A stretch of DNA of 64,000 nucleotides from positions 4,580 through 68,579 of the forward strand of contig CAYTAQ010000001.1 in assembly GCA_964435695.1 (NCBI GenBank), written 5' to 3'. The notes beneath the pieces were generated by a model. The model did not search any database. It was given only the letters and a program-made list of their open reading frames with translations, and had not been told where the DNA came from. The position numbers and the translations under genes are program-made. Source of the DNA: an uncultured Desulfobacterales bacterium (lineage in GTDB: Bacteria > Desulfobacterota > Desulfobacteria > Desulfobacterales > B30-G6). Each line of letters begins with the position of its first letter. Position 1 is the stretch's first letter. Below are positions 39,809 through 49,239 of the stretch, one piece after another.

Positions 39809-40942
39809 ATGGAACATCTGCTACCATGGTTTGTTTTGAAAAGTATTCCGGGGATCGGCAATCTGCTTTACAAACGTCTTATCGACCGATTTCATTCCCC
39901 GAGCAATGCGTTTGAAGCTTCGTACAACGAGCTCGTAAAAACCGACGGCTTGACAGGTCGCCTGGCTGAAGCGATAAAGACCCACCGTACCCCGGATACG
40001 GTTCAGAATGAGCTGGATCTGGTAGTGAAAAAAAAAGTCAGGATCGTAACGCTGAACGATCCGGATTATCCATCCCTCCTTCGAGAAATAGCGGATCCCC
40101 CTCCCTACTTGTATGTTTATGGCACCCTGGAAGGCAAATCCAACAGGATTGCAATGGTCGGGTCACGAAACGCAACCGATTACGGGTTGACCACAACCAA
40201 ACGTCTGAGTCGGGATTTAGCCGCCATGGGCATTACCATTGTCAGCGGTATGGCCAAAGGCATCGACGCGGCTGCTCACGAAGGAGCACTTATGGCTAAA
40301 GGGAATACCATCGCTGTTCTGGGATCCGGGCTTGGAAGGATTTATCCGGCAGAAAATGAAAAGCTTTACCATCGAATTGTTAAGATCGGTGCGGTCATTT
40401 CTGAATTACCGTTTTATGCTGAACCGGAAGCACACCACTTCCCCATGAGAAACCGTATCATCAGCGGGGTATCGCTGGGAACCGTCATTGTCGAGGCGAC
40501 CTTGCGGAGTGGCTCCCTTATCACGGCCCGTCTCGCGGCGGAACAAAACAGAGAGGTGTTCGCTGTTCCGGGAAGCATCCATTCATTCAAGAGTACCGGA
40601 ACGCATACATTGATCAAGCAGGGCGCAAAACTTGTAGAACACCCCCAAGATATTTTAGAAGAATTGCACTTGCACACAGATAGCTTAGCCAATAAAAATG
40701 AACCGGTCGTGGAAAAAATGAAAAGGCCTCCAGCAATGTCATCCGCTGAACGGCATGTGCTGGATTCGCTTGATCACTACCCTGTTCACATCGATGATAT
40801 CGCCCGCAAACTCGGCCTGGAAACCGGCGCGGTACTAGGCATACTGCTTCAACTCGAATTGCAGGGAAGCATAAAGCAATCGTCCGGCAAATTTTTTTCA
40901 TTAAATCCAAACTGGACTAGTAAGAGAGGAAACATTGAGTAA
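39809..40942 (+). CDS. dprA: DNA-processing protein DprA (Smf)
   Basis: DPDYPSLL, VGSRNATDYG, SGMAKGIDAAAH and GSLITARLAAEQNREVFAVPG are present, together with a C-terminal wHTH. Confidence 0.9.
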   Translation: MEHLLPWFVLKSIPGIGNLLYKRLIDRFHSPSNAFEASYNELVKTDGLTGRLAEAIKTHRTPDTVQNELDLVVKKKVRIVTLNDPDYPSLLREIADPPPYLYVYGTLEGKSNRIAMVGSRNATDYGLTTTKRLSRDLAAMGITIVSGMAKGIDAAAHEGALMAKGNTIAVLGSGLGRIYPAENEKLYHRIVKIGAVISELPFYAEPEAHHFPMRNRIISGVSLGTVIVEATLRSGSLITARLAAEQNREVFAVPGSIHSFKSTGTHTLIKQGAKLVEHPQDILEELHLHTDSLANKNEPVVEKMKRPPAMSSAERHVLDSLDHYPVHIDDIARKLGLETGAVLGILLQLELQGSIKQSSGKFFSLNPNWTSKRGNIE

Positions 40943-43214
40943 AAAACCCCTTGTGGTCGTAGAGTCGCCAACAAAAGTTAAAACCATAAAAAAATATCTG
41001 GGCAATGCCTACAACGTTGCGGCCACCGTCGGGCACATAAAAGATCTTCCGGCAAAAGAAATTGGAATCGATATCAAAAATGGTTTTAAACCCAATTATC
41101 GCATTATTCCAGGCAAGAAAAAAGTAATCGCCTCGCTGAAAAAAGCCGCCGGCGATGCTGAAGTAATATTTCTGGCACCGGACCCTGACCGCGAAGGAGA
41201 AGCCATTGCATGGCATGCAGCCGAAGTTTTAAAGATGAAAGATCGACAATTCTACAGGGTTTTATTCCACGAATTAACGAAAAATGGCATTAACGAGGCC
41301 ATAAAAAATCCCGAAGAACTGAACAAGCATAAATATGAAGCCCAGAAAGCAAGACGCATGCTCGACCGGTTGGTGGGATACCAGGTCTCTCCCATTTTAT
41401 GGCGCAAAGTAAAAGGCGGGTTAAGCGCCGGAAGAGTACAATCGGTGGCGGTCCGCATTATTTGCGAAAGAGAAAGGCAAATTCAGGCATTTGAATCCCA
41501 GGAGTATTGGTCTATCACGGCGCATCTTGAAGGGCGTATGCCGCCGCCCTTTAGTGCAAAACTTGCCAAAAAGCATCAGAAAAAAATTAACATTGCAAAT
41601 GAGCAAGCAGCGTTGACGATTTTAGAAGAATTACAGCATGCTGAATTTATCGTCGACAACATTACAAAAAAAACCACAAAAAGAAACCCGCTGCCCCCCT
41701 TTATCACCAGCAAACTCCAACAGGAATCGATTCAAAAACTCAGATTCTCGGCCAAAAAGACCATGATATTGGCACAGCAGCTATATGAAGGTATTGAACT
41801 TGAAGCCGGAGAACCCGTCGGGCTCATCACCTATATGCGAACCGATTCCACCCGCATATCAAAAGAGGCGGCTGAAGAAGCCGGTCTGTTGATACAAGAG
41901 CGCTTCGGACCCGCATATGGTTTAAAAAAACCCCGGTTTTTCAAAAACACAAAAAAGGTCCAAGATGCGCATGAAGCAATCCGCCCCACTTCCGTATTCA
42001 ATACCCCCGAGAAAGTAAAGCCCTTTTTGTCCAATGAGCAGTTATCACTCTACCGCCTCATCTGGAACCGGTTTGTCGCAAGCCAGATGAAAGAAGCTCT
42101 CATCGATACAGATTCCATCACCATAAAAGCCGGAGCCTACACATTTGCCACTGCGGGATCTACCATCAAATTTCCAGGGTTCATGGCGCTCTATATGTCC
42201 GTTGATGATGAACTCGCCAGTGAAAGTGAAAAGAAAAAGGGTGATCTGCCGGAGCTCACTGAGGGAATGATTTTACAACTGAATAAGCTGGATCCCAAAC
42301 AGCATTTTACCCTTCCGCCGCCAAGATTTTCAGAGGCCTCCCTTGTGAAGGAACTCGAAGAAAACGGTATCGGCCGTCCCAGCACCTATGCCTCTATCCT
42401 GTCAACCATTCGCGATAAAAAATATGTTGATCTGGTTAAAAAATATTTCAGGCCGAGTGAACTTGGATTTATTGTGAATGATTTGCTGGTGGAAAGCTTT
42501 AAGCATGTATTCAATGTCGATTTCACCGCGCGCATGGAAGATCTTCTGGATCGTATTGAAATGGATGAAATGCAGTCTGAAGACATTCTGAGCCGGTTTT
42601 ACGACCAATTCAAAAAAGAACTCGATATTGCATCGGAGAAAATGCCGAGCATAAAAGGCGTGGGATTTCCATCCGGTCGCACCTGCCCGGAATGTCATAA
42701 AGAACTTCGTATTAAAATGGGCAAGAACGGGCATTTTCTGGCCTGCAGCGGGTATCCGCAATGCACCTATTCCAGTGACTACACCCGCGATGAAAAAGGC
42801 AACATTCAAGCTGTCGAATTGGCCAAAGAAGTCATATCCGACAAGTTATGTGATAAATGCGGCAAACCCATGGTGGTTAAACAGGGACGTTACGGAAAAT
42901 TTCTTGCCTGCAGCGGATATCCCGCATGTAAAAATACCTACTCCGTCAATTCTGTAGAGCCGGGAATGGACACAGGCGTCGCTTGCCCGGAAAAAAATTG
43001 TCATGGCAAGCTGATCCAGAAGCAATCTAAACGCGGGAAAATATTCTATGGCTGCAATCGTTTTCCGGAATGTACCTATGCTATCTGGGATAAGCCGGTA
43101 AATAAAGAATGTCCTGTCTGCAACGCTCGTTTTCTGGTTGAAAAGTCCACAAAAAAGAAAGGGATCTTTTTCGCTTGTCTCACACAGGGGTGTGGGTATA
43201 CGACGACTGAATGA
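40935..43214 (+). CDS. topA: DNA topoisomerase I
   Basis: The Toprim N-terminus is VVVESPTKVKTIKKYLG, with YMRTDS at the active-site Tyr region and four C-terminal C4 zinc ribbons. The TTG start overlaps the dprA end by 8 nt. Confidence 0.95.
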   Translation: MSKKPLVVVESPTKVKTIKKYLGNAYNVAATVGHIKDLPAKEIGIDIKNGFKPNYRIIPGKKKVIASLKKAAGDAEVIFLAPDPDREGEAIAWHAAEVLKMKDRQFYRVLFHELTKNGINEAIKNPEELNKHKYEAQKARRMLDRLVGYQVSPILWRKVKGGLSAGRVQSVAVRIICERERQIQAFESQEYWSITAHLEGRMPPPFSAKLAKKHQKKINIANEQAALTILEELQHAEFIVDNITKKTTKRNPLPPFITSKLQQESIQKLRFSAKKTMILAQQLYEGIELEAGEPVGLITYMRTDSTRISKEAAEEAGLLIQERFGPAYGLKKPRFFKNTKKVQDAHEAIRPTSVFNTPEKVKPFLSNEQLSLYRLIWNRFVASQMKEALIDTDSITIKAGAYTFATAGSTIKFPGFMALYMSVDDELASESEKKKGDLPELTEGMILQLNKLDPKQHFTLPPPRFSEASLVKELEENGIGRPSTYASILSTIRDKKYVDLVKKYFRPSELGFIVNDLLVESFKHVFNVDFTARMEDLLDRIEMDEMQSEDILSRFYDQFKKELDIASEKMPSIKGVGFPSGRTCPECHKELRIKMGKNGHFLACSGYPQCTYSSDYTRDEKGNIQAVELAKEVISDKLCDKCGKPMVVKQGRYGKFLACSGYPACKNTYSVNSVEPGMDTGVACPEKNCHGKLIQKQSKRGKIFYGCNRFPECTYAIWDKPVNKECPVCNARFLVEKSTKKKGIFFACLTQGCGYTTTE

Positions 43215-43219
43215 TAAAC

Positions 43220-43482
43220 CAGAGAAGTCAGAAGACGGAACTCATAAATCAGAAGCCAGGAAACAGAAGACAGAACATCCAACATCCAACGCTTAACTCT
43301 CAACGTCCAAGAATGAAGTCGCTTCGCTCCACCATTTTATATCTTTGTATGCCACATGGAAGATCATAAATATAAAATCGATGGCATCCAATCTTGAAAG
43401 TCGAACGTTCGATGTTGGACATTGGACGTTTATCGATTCAGCGCCATATTCAGTATTCTGTCTCCTGTATTCTGTATTCTTG
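43220..43482. repeat. ~260-bp compound palindrome right after topA (CAGAAGAC, ATCCAAC and TATTCTGT words)
   Basis: The left side CAGAAGACGGAA..CAGAAGCCAGGAAACAGAAGACAGAACATCCAACATCCAACG faces the right side GAACGTTCGATGTTGGACATTGGACG...CAGTATTCTGTCTCCTGTATTCTGTATTCTTG. An inner hairpin is CCACCATTTTATAT / ATATAAAATCGATGG. Confidence 0.8.
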
Positions 43483-43563
43483 CCGGCCCTTTTCACTGCA
43501 TAGTCAACTGCATCTGATATAGCCCAAAGAATCAGGTTTTATTTGTTGAACAAATATTTGTGC

Positions 43564-43593
43564 TTGACATTCATGAAATCCCCTGTCATTAAT
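43564..43593 (+). promoter_or_regulatory. candidate sigma70 promoter of the ilv leader
   Basis: TTGACA (43564-43569) is followed by a 17-18-nt spacer and then CATTAA/ATTAAT (43587-43593). Confidence 0.4.
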
Positions 43594-43618
43594 GCTAAAA
43601 TTATTAAAAAAAGCAACT

Positions 43619-43711
43619 ATGGAAATGATTAAAACCAATAACACCCTAATTCTCGGCATTATTATCCTCGTCGTCGGCATACTTAGCCGCGTCGAGGTTC
43701 AGGGTTGTTAA
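43619..43711 (+). CDS. branched-chain amino acid leader peptide (30 codons)
   Basis: My translation is MEMIKTNNTLILGIIILVVGILSRVEVQGC-stop. Of the 30 codons, 14 are Ile, Leu or Val. A terminator follows and ilvB lies downstream. Confidence 0.7.
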   Translation: MEMIKTNNTLILGIIILVVGILSRVEVQGC

Positions 43712-43742
43712 TGGCTTAAATCTAACTTAATCAAACAAAAAA

Positions 43743-43778
43743 CCGTTACCAGCCCTGAGCCGGTAACGGTTTTTTTTT
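43743..43778 (+). terminator. intrinsic terminator (attenuator) between the leader ORF and ilvB
   Basis: CCGTTACC (43743-50) pairs with GGTAACGG (43762-69), with 2 further inner base pairs and a 5-nt loop. Nine T residues follow (43770-78). Confidence 0.8.
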
Positions 43779-43822
43779 GGGGGTAATTATCGTAACGGCT
43801 ATTTGGCTAAAGTCGATATTAT

Positions 43823-43903
43823 GAGGGACCAAGGGTTCACGGGAGAAAATAATACAGATCATTGTATACACTCGAATCCTTGACCCCTCGAACCCTAGAA
43901 TCC
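43823..43903. repeat. family A outer-arm-only element upstream of ilvB
   Basis: GAGGGACCAAGGGTTCACGGGAGAAAA ... CACTCGAATCCTTGACCCCTCGAACCCTAGAATCC. Confidence 0.75.
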
Positions 43904-43995
43904 TTCTGGATAAAAACTCAAGCTGCAGTTTTCATTTAGAGGCGGGTGAGTTTTCCCCATTCAACAAATACGGACATTATGAGAGAGGTTTTTAC

Positions 43996-45681
43996 ATGAA
44001 ACTGACAGGTGCTCAAATTTTAATGAAAGTGCTGCAGGAAGAAGGCGTGGATACCGTTTTTGGGTTTCCCGGCGGTGTCGTCATCGACATCTTTGACGAA
44101 ATGGCACGTACCGATATTAAACATATTCTTGTCCGTCATGAGCAAGGTGCGGTCCATGCAGCAGACGGCTATGCCCGTGCCGGCAAAAAAGTCGGTGTTT
44201 GCATCGTCACCTCAGGCCCCGGCGCCACCAATACCGTCACCGGTATCGCGTCCGCGTATATGGACTCGATCCCGCTTGTCGTCATCACCGGTCAGGTATC
44301 CACACACCTCATCGGAAACGATGCCTTTCAAGAAGTCGATATCGTAGGGATAACACGCTCCTGCACCAAGCACAACTTCCTGGTCACACGTACGGAAGAT
44401 CTCCAACGAGTCCTTAAGGAAGCCTTTTATCTGGCCCGGTCAGGCAGACCGGGCCCGGTATTGGTGGATATTCCAAAAGATGTGAGCATCACCCGTATTA
44501 ACTACAAACCGCTGAACTCTGTTCGGATTCAATCATACAACCCCACTTACAAGCCGAATATGAAACAACTTAAAAAAGTTGCCGGTCTGATAAAAACATC
44601 TAAAAAGCCGGTCATTTTTGCAGGCGGCGGCATCATCCTTTCTCAAGCCGCCGAAGCCCTGGCTGAATTTGCACGCAAAGCAAATATCCCGGTGACTGCA
44701 TCGCTCATGGGACTTGGAGGATTCCCGGGTTCAGATCCTCTTTGGCTGGGCATGATCGGCATGCACGGCACGTACCGGGCCAATATGGCCGTCAGCAATT
44801 GCGATCTTCTCATCGGCATCGGCGTCCGGTTCGATGATCGCGTTACCGGAAAAACGGATGTCTTTGCCAAACAGGCAAAAATCGTACATATCGACATCGA
44901 TCCCGCATCCATCCGGAAAAACGTCCCGGTAAGCATCCCTGTTGTCAGTGATTGTCAACAAGCACTCAAAGAATTGAACAAGCTCCTGGATGCGGCGGAT
45001 CTAACTGACATCCTCAGAGAACGCTTGCCATGGATTGAACAAATAGAAGAATGGAAAAGCACAAAGCCGCTGGAATACCGGCAAACCGACATCATTAAGC
45101 CACAGTTTGTCATAGAAAGGCTGTTTGAACTCACAAAAGGAGATGCCATCATCACCACGGAAGTCGGTCAAAATCAGATGTGGTCGGCCCAGTATTACCA
45201 CTTTGAAAAACCCAATCATTTTATCACCTCGGGCGGGTTGGGTTGTATGGGTTTTGGACTGCCGGCAGCCATTGGCGCGCAGGTTGCCAGGCCGGACAAA
45301 CTTGTCGTGGATATTGCCGGAGACGGAAGCATCCAGATGAATATTCAAGAAATGGCTACAGCCGTTCAATACCGTCTACCGATCAAAATCGTTATTCTGA
45401 ACAACGGCTATCTCGGCATGGTAAGGCAATGGCAACAGCTTTTTTATGACGGGCGCTATGCCGCCACGTGTATGGATTGTGCGCCTGATTTCGTCAAATT
45501 GGCGGAAGCCTTTGGTGCGGTGGGCCTCAGGGCCCAAAAACCGGAAGACGTTGAACCGGTTCTCACCGAAGGATTGGCTTTGCCTGAACCGGTCATTATG
45601 GATTTTGCCGTCGAAAAAGAAGAGTGCGTGTATCCCATGGTACCGGCCGGTGCGCCCATTACGGAAATGCTCTTGGCATAA
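43996..45681 (+). CDS. ilvB: acetolactate synthase, large subunit
   Basis: 561 aa ThDP enzyme with MKLTGAQILMKVLQEEGVDTVFGFPGG and GGLGCMGFGLPAAIGA...GDGS..MNIQE. Confidence 0.95.
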   Translation: MKLTGAQILMKVLQEEGVDTVFGFPGGVVIDIFDEMARTDIKHILVRHEQGAVHAADGYARAGKKVGVCIVTSGPGATNTVTGIASAYMDSIPLVVITGQVSTHLIGNDAFQEVDIVGITRSCTKHNFLVTRTEDLQRVLKEAFYLARSGRPGPVLVDIPKDVSITRINYKPLNSVRIQSYNPTYKPNMKQLKKVAGLIKTSKKPVIFAGGGIILSQAAEALAEFARKANIPVTASLMGLGGFPGSDPLWLGMIGMHGTYRANMAVSNCDLLIGIGVRFDDRVTGKTDVFAKQAKIVHIDIDPASIRKNVPVSIPVVSDCQQALKELNKLLDAADLTDILRERLPWIEQIEEWKSTKPLEYRQTDIIKPQFVIERLFELTKGDAIITTEVGQNQMWSAQYYHFEKPNHFITSGGLGCMGFGLPAAIGAQVARPDKLVVDIAGDGSIQMNIQEMATAVQYRLPIKIVILNNGYLGMVRQWQQLFYDGRYAATCMDCAPDFVKLAEAFGAVGLRAQKPEDVEPVLTEGLALPEPVIMDFAVEKEECVYPMVPAGAPITEMLLA

Positions 45682-45693
45682 AAGGATGAACAT

Positions 45694-46182
45694 ATGGATG
45701 AAGAAAAGCATATTCTCACAATGATTGTTGACAATGAGCCCGGTGTGCTGTCGCGTGTCGTCGGCTTGTTCAGCGCCAGAGGGTATAACATTGAAAGCCT
45801 CTGTGTTGCGCCCACCATTGATCCCCAGGTATCCAGAATTACGCTCGTTACCAAGGCAAATCTGCCTGAACTCGAGCAAATTGAGAAGCAGTTGAGAAAA
45901 CTGATTAATGTCATTAAATTGAGGGATCTTTCAGGGAAAAATGCTGTCAGGCGTGAGATGGCTCTGGTTTGTGTAAAAGCAAAACCGGGACAGCGCGCAG
46001 AAATTTTAAGGATTGTCGATATTTTTCGCTGTAAGGTGGTTGATACAGGACTGGAACACTACATCATCGAAGTATCCGGCAATGAGGACAAGCTCAATGC
46101 ATTCATTAATCTTTTAAAACCCATGGGGATCAAGAAAATTGCACGGACAGGCGCCGTAGCACTTTTCAGAGAACCGAATTGA
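45694..46182 (+). CDS. ilvN: acetolactate synthase, small (regulatory) subunit
   Basis: 162 aa with an ACT domain N-terminus, HILTMIVDNEPGVLSRVVGLFSARGYNIESL. Confidence 0.93.
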   Translation: MDEEKHILTMIVDNEPGVLSRVVGLFSARGYNIESLCVAPTIDPQVSRITLVTKANLPELEQIEKQLRKLINVIKLRDLSGKNAVRREMALVCVKAKPGQRAEILRIVDIFRCKVVDTGLEHYIIEVSGNEDKLNAFINLLKPMGIKKIARTGAVALFREPN

Positions 46183-46202
46183 TAAAACAAAAGGAGAATT
46201 TC

Positions 46203-47249
46203 ATGGCGATCATTAATTTTGGTGGTGTCGAGGAAGAAGTCATTACATCGGAAGAATTCACATTGGAGAAAGCGAGAGAAGTGCTGGCAAAAGAAACCAT
46301 CGCCGTTCTTGGCTACGGTGTTCAGGGCCCCGGACAGGCGCTCAATATGCGCGATAACGGTCTTCAGGTCATTGTCGGTCAAAGACAAGGCGGTCAATCG
46401 TGGGATCGGGCAGTCGCCGACGGCTTTGTACCCGGCGAATCTCTTTTTCCCATTGAGGAAGCAGCGCAGAAGGCGACGCTGATTCAATTTCTCTTATCAG
46501 ATGCCGGTCAGGTTTCAACCTGGCCCATGGTAAAGAAAAGTCTCAATGAAGGCGACGCCCTGTATTTTTCACACGGCTTTTCAATTGCCTATAAAGATCA
46601 AACCAACATTGTCCCGCCACAAAATGTTGATGTGATTCTGGTTGCACCCAAAGGATCCGGCCGTAGCGTCCGCTCGAACTTCCTTGAAGGCAGCGGCATC
46701 AATTCGAGTTTTGCCGTTCATCAGGATTTTACCGGACGGGCAAAGGAAAGAGCCCTTGCGGCCGGTATTGCCATCGGGTCCGGTTATCTGTTTCCCACTA
46801 CATTTGAAAACGAAGTTTACAGCGATCTCACCGGTGAAAGGGGCGTTCTTATGGGCTGCCTTGCCGGTGTGATGGAAGCGCAATATCAGACCCTACGTAA
46901 AAACGGGCACAGCCCTAGCGAAGCCTTTAATGAAACCGTCGAAGAACTGACCCAGAGCCTCATTCGACTCGTTGCTGAAAACGGCATGGACTGGATGTTT
47001 TCCAACTGCAGCACCACCGCTCAAAGAGGTGCGCTCGATTGGGCACCCAAATTCCGGGATGCAGTACTGCCTGTTTTTGATAAATTATACGACAGCGTAA
47101 TTTCCGGCAAAGAGGTCAAACGTGTTTTGGATAAAAACAGCCAGCCCGACTACCGGGAAAAATTGCAGGAAGAGCTGAATGCCATCAAGAATTCAGAAAT
47201 GTGGCGAGCCGGTAAAGCGGTGAGGTCTCTGCGACCTGAAAATCGATAG
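46203..47249 (+). CDS. ilvC: ketol-acid reductoisomerase
   Basis: GYGVQGPGQALNMRDNG and SHGF are present. Start set at the ATG at 46203, which has an AAAGGAGA RBS. Confidence 0.93.
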   Translation: MAIINFGGVEEEVITSEEFTLEKAREVLAKETIAVLGYGVQGPGQALNMRDNGLQVIVGQRQGGQSWDRAVADGFVPGESLFPIEEAAQKATLIQFLLSDAGQVSTWPMVKKSLNEGDALYFSHGFSIAYKDQTNIVPPQNVDVILVAPKGSGRSVRSNFLEGSGINSSFAVHQDFTGRAKERALAAGIAIGSGYLFPTTFENEVYSDLTGERGVLMGCLAGVMEAQYQTLRKNGHSPSEAFNETVEELTQSLIRLVAENGMDWMFSNCSTTAQRGALDWAPKFRDAVLPVFDKLYDSVISGKEVKRVLDKNSQPDYREKLQEELNAIKNSEMWRAGKAVRSLRPENR

Positions 47250-47261
47250 CATAAATCAGGT

Positions 47262-47445
47262 AAGGATTCAAGGGGCCGAGGATTCAAGGATTCAAGTGAA
47301 AAAAACAGTCACCAAAACAAATAATATTGCCATTTCTTTTTCTTGTTTTTTGACCTTTCGTGTTTTGATGGCAAAGGAATTCATTAAATTCCGGCTATCA
47401 CAAACGCTTCACGTGGACCCTAGCCCCCTGGAATCCTTGAATCCT
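47262..47445. repeat. family A element, full copy (between ilvC and cimA)
   Basis: AAGGATTCAAGGGGCCGAGGATTCAAGGATTCAAGTGAAAAAAA ... ATTTCTTTTTC..CCTTTCGTGTTTTGATGG ... CTATCACA ... CTTCACGTGGACCCTAGCCCCCTGGAATCCTTGAATCC. Confidence 0.85.
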
Positions 47446-47468
47446 ATTATTAACAATGAGGTTATATC

Positions 47469-49088
47469 ATGAATGAACCGATCCTGCTGTATGACACAAC
47501 GTTACGCGATGGTACGCAAGGCGAAAACATCAATTTTTCTGCCGATGAAAAGATAAAGATTGCGGAACGTCTCGACGATATCGGTGTTCATTACATTGAA
47601 GGCGGATGGCCGGGCTCAAATCCTAAAGACATTCAATTTTTTGATCTGGCCAGGCGAATTAAATTCAAACAAACAAAAATAACCTCCTTTGGTGCAACCC
47701 GAAGACCGGGCATCGCGCCTGAGGATGATCCCAATTTGCATGCGCTGCTGGATAGCCATACCTCCGTTGTTACCATTTTCGGAAAAAGCTGGGATCTTCA
47801 TGTTGAGCGCATCATGAGCAATACCCTTGAAGAGAATATTAAAATGATCCGGGATTCCGTCGAATATCTCAAGGATCAAAAACGAGAAGTCATCTATGAT
47901 GCCGAGCATTTCTTTGACGGTTACAGGGATAACAAGGACTACGCGTGCCGGACATTGATACCTGCCGTCAAAGGCGGCGCTGAATTCATTGTTCTCTGCG
48001 ACACCAATGGCGGCACCCTTCCCCATGAAATTGAACAGATTATTCAGGAAGTTTCCAGGTGGCTGGAAAAGGAATTGGTTCATGCACCCGCTGATCTGAA
48101 AATCAAGCTGGGTATTCATGCCCACAACGATTGTGGGATGGCTGTGGCCAACTCCATAACCGCTGTGCGTTCAGGTATTTCAATGGTACAGGGAACCATC
48201 AACGGCTATGGTGAACGCTGCGGCAATGCCGATCTTACGACTATTATTCCGGTCATCAACACCAAGTTAAAGGGTATGTGCATCCCTCATGAGAACTTGG
48301 CCCAATTAAGATCATAGTCCAGGTTTGTCAGCGAAACAGCCAATCTTGTTCCCTTAAACTCCCGTCCATTCGTCGGCAAAAGCGCCTTCACCCACAAAGG
48401 AGGTGTTCATGTCAATGCCGTCATGAAACTCCCCGGTGCCTACGAACATATGAATCCGGAAATTGTGGGAAACACCCGTCGGGTCCTGGTATCGGATCTT
48501 TCCGGCAAAAGCAATATCGAGTACAAGGCAGAGGAATTCGGTGTAAAGCTGGACGGAAACGGCCATGACAGTCAGCAAATCGTTACCAAAATCAAAGAAT
48601 TGGAACAGGATGGATATCAATTCGATGTGGCGGACGGATCCTTTAAGATTCTGGCGGAAAAATTGACGGATCAGTTTAAACCTTTATTTGAGCTTGAATC
48701 CTTTAGGGTCACTATCGAAAAGGACAAGGATCAACCCTGCACAGCCCATGCAACCGTTAAAATCCGTGTAGATAATCGAAACGAAATAACGGCGGCAGAA
48801 GGATATGGCCCGGTCAGCGCGCTGGACAATGCCCTTCGCAAGGCGCTCGATAAATTTTATCCGGATCTTGATACCATGCGACTAGTGGATTTTAAAGTTC
48901 GTGTCATTGACGGCCGTGCAGGAACAGCGGCAAAGGTCAGGGTTCTCATCGAATCCCGCGATCAGGATCAGATCTGGAGCACCATCGGTGTGTCCGAAGA
49001 CATCATTGAAGCCAGTTGGCAGGCCCTGGCCGACAGTTTTCAATATAAGCTTGCCCACGAAAAAAAGATCAGGAGTACGGAAGAATGA
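47469..49088 (+). pseudogene. cimA: (R)-citramalate synthase-type (LeuA-family) gene interrupted by one in-frame TAG at 48315-48317
   Basis: ORFs 47469..48317 and 48423..49088 are in the same frame. Reading through the TAG gives ...[53 protein letters not shown]..., a continuous ~539-codon LeuA/CimA-family sequence (LYDTTLRDGTQ, HAHND, HKGG). Confidence 0.8.
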
Positions 49089-49239
49089 TTCAAACAGCTC
49101 GCTCAAAGGAAGGAACCAACGCCGCAGGACCCTCCCGGGGTATCCTGCGGCCTATGCTCGGTATTGTTTTATCCAGTAAGCATAGAATTCTTTAGTTGCT
49201 ATTAATTATGGATCATTACCAAATTAGTTGGTCCGAATT

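Noticed and set aside
48315-48317. The in-frame TAG in cimA as a pyrrolysine codon.
   Set aside because: No pyl genes or other TAG-interrupted genes are visible in this window, and CimA/LeuA enzymes are not known Pyl proteins. I kept it only as a remote alternative in the finding.
49155-49196. Short ORF MLGIVLSSKHRIL after cimA as a possible Leu leader peptide for leuA.
   Set aside because: It has only four branched-chain codons and no run of Leu. There is no downstream terminator/antiterminator pair, and it sits after a hairpin that lacks a T-run.
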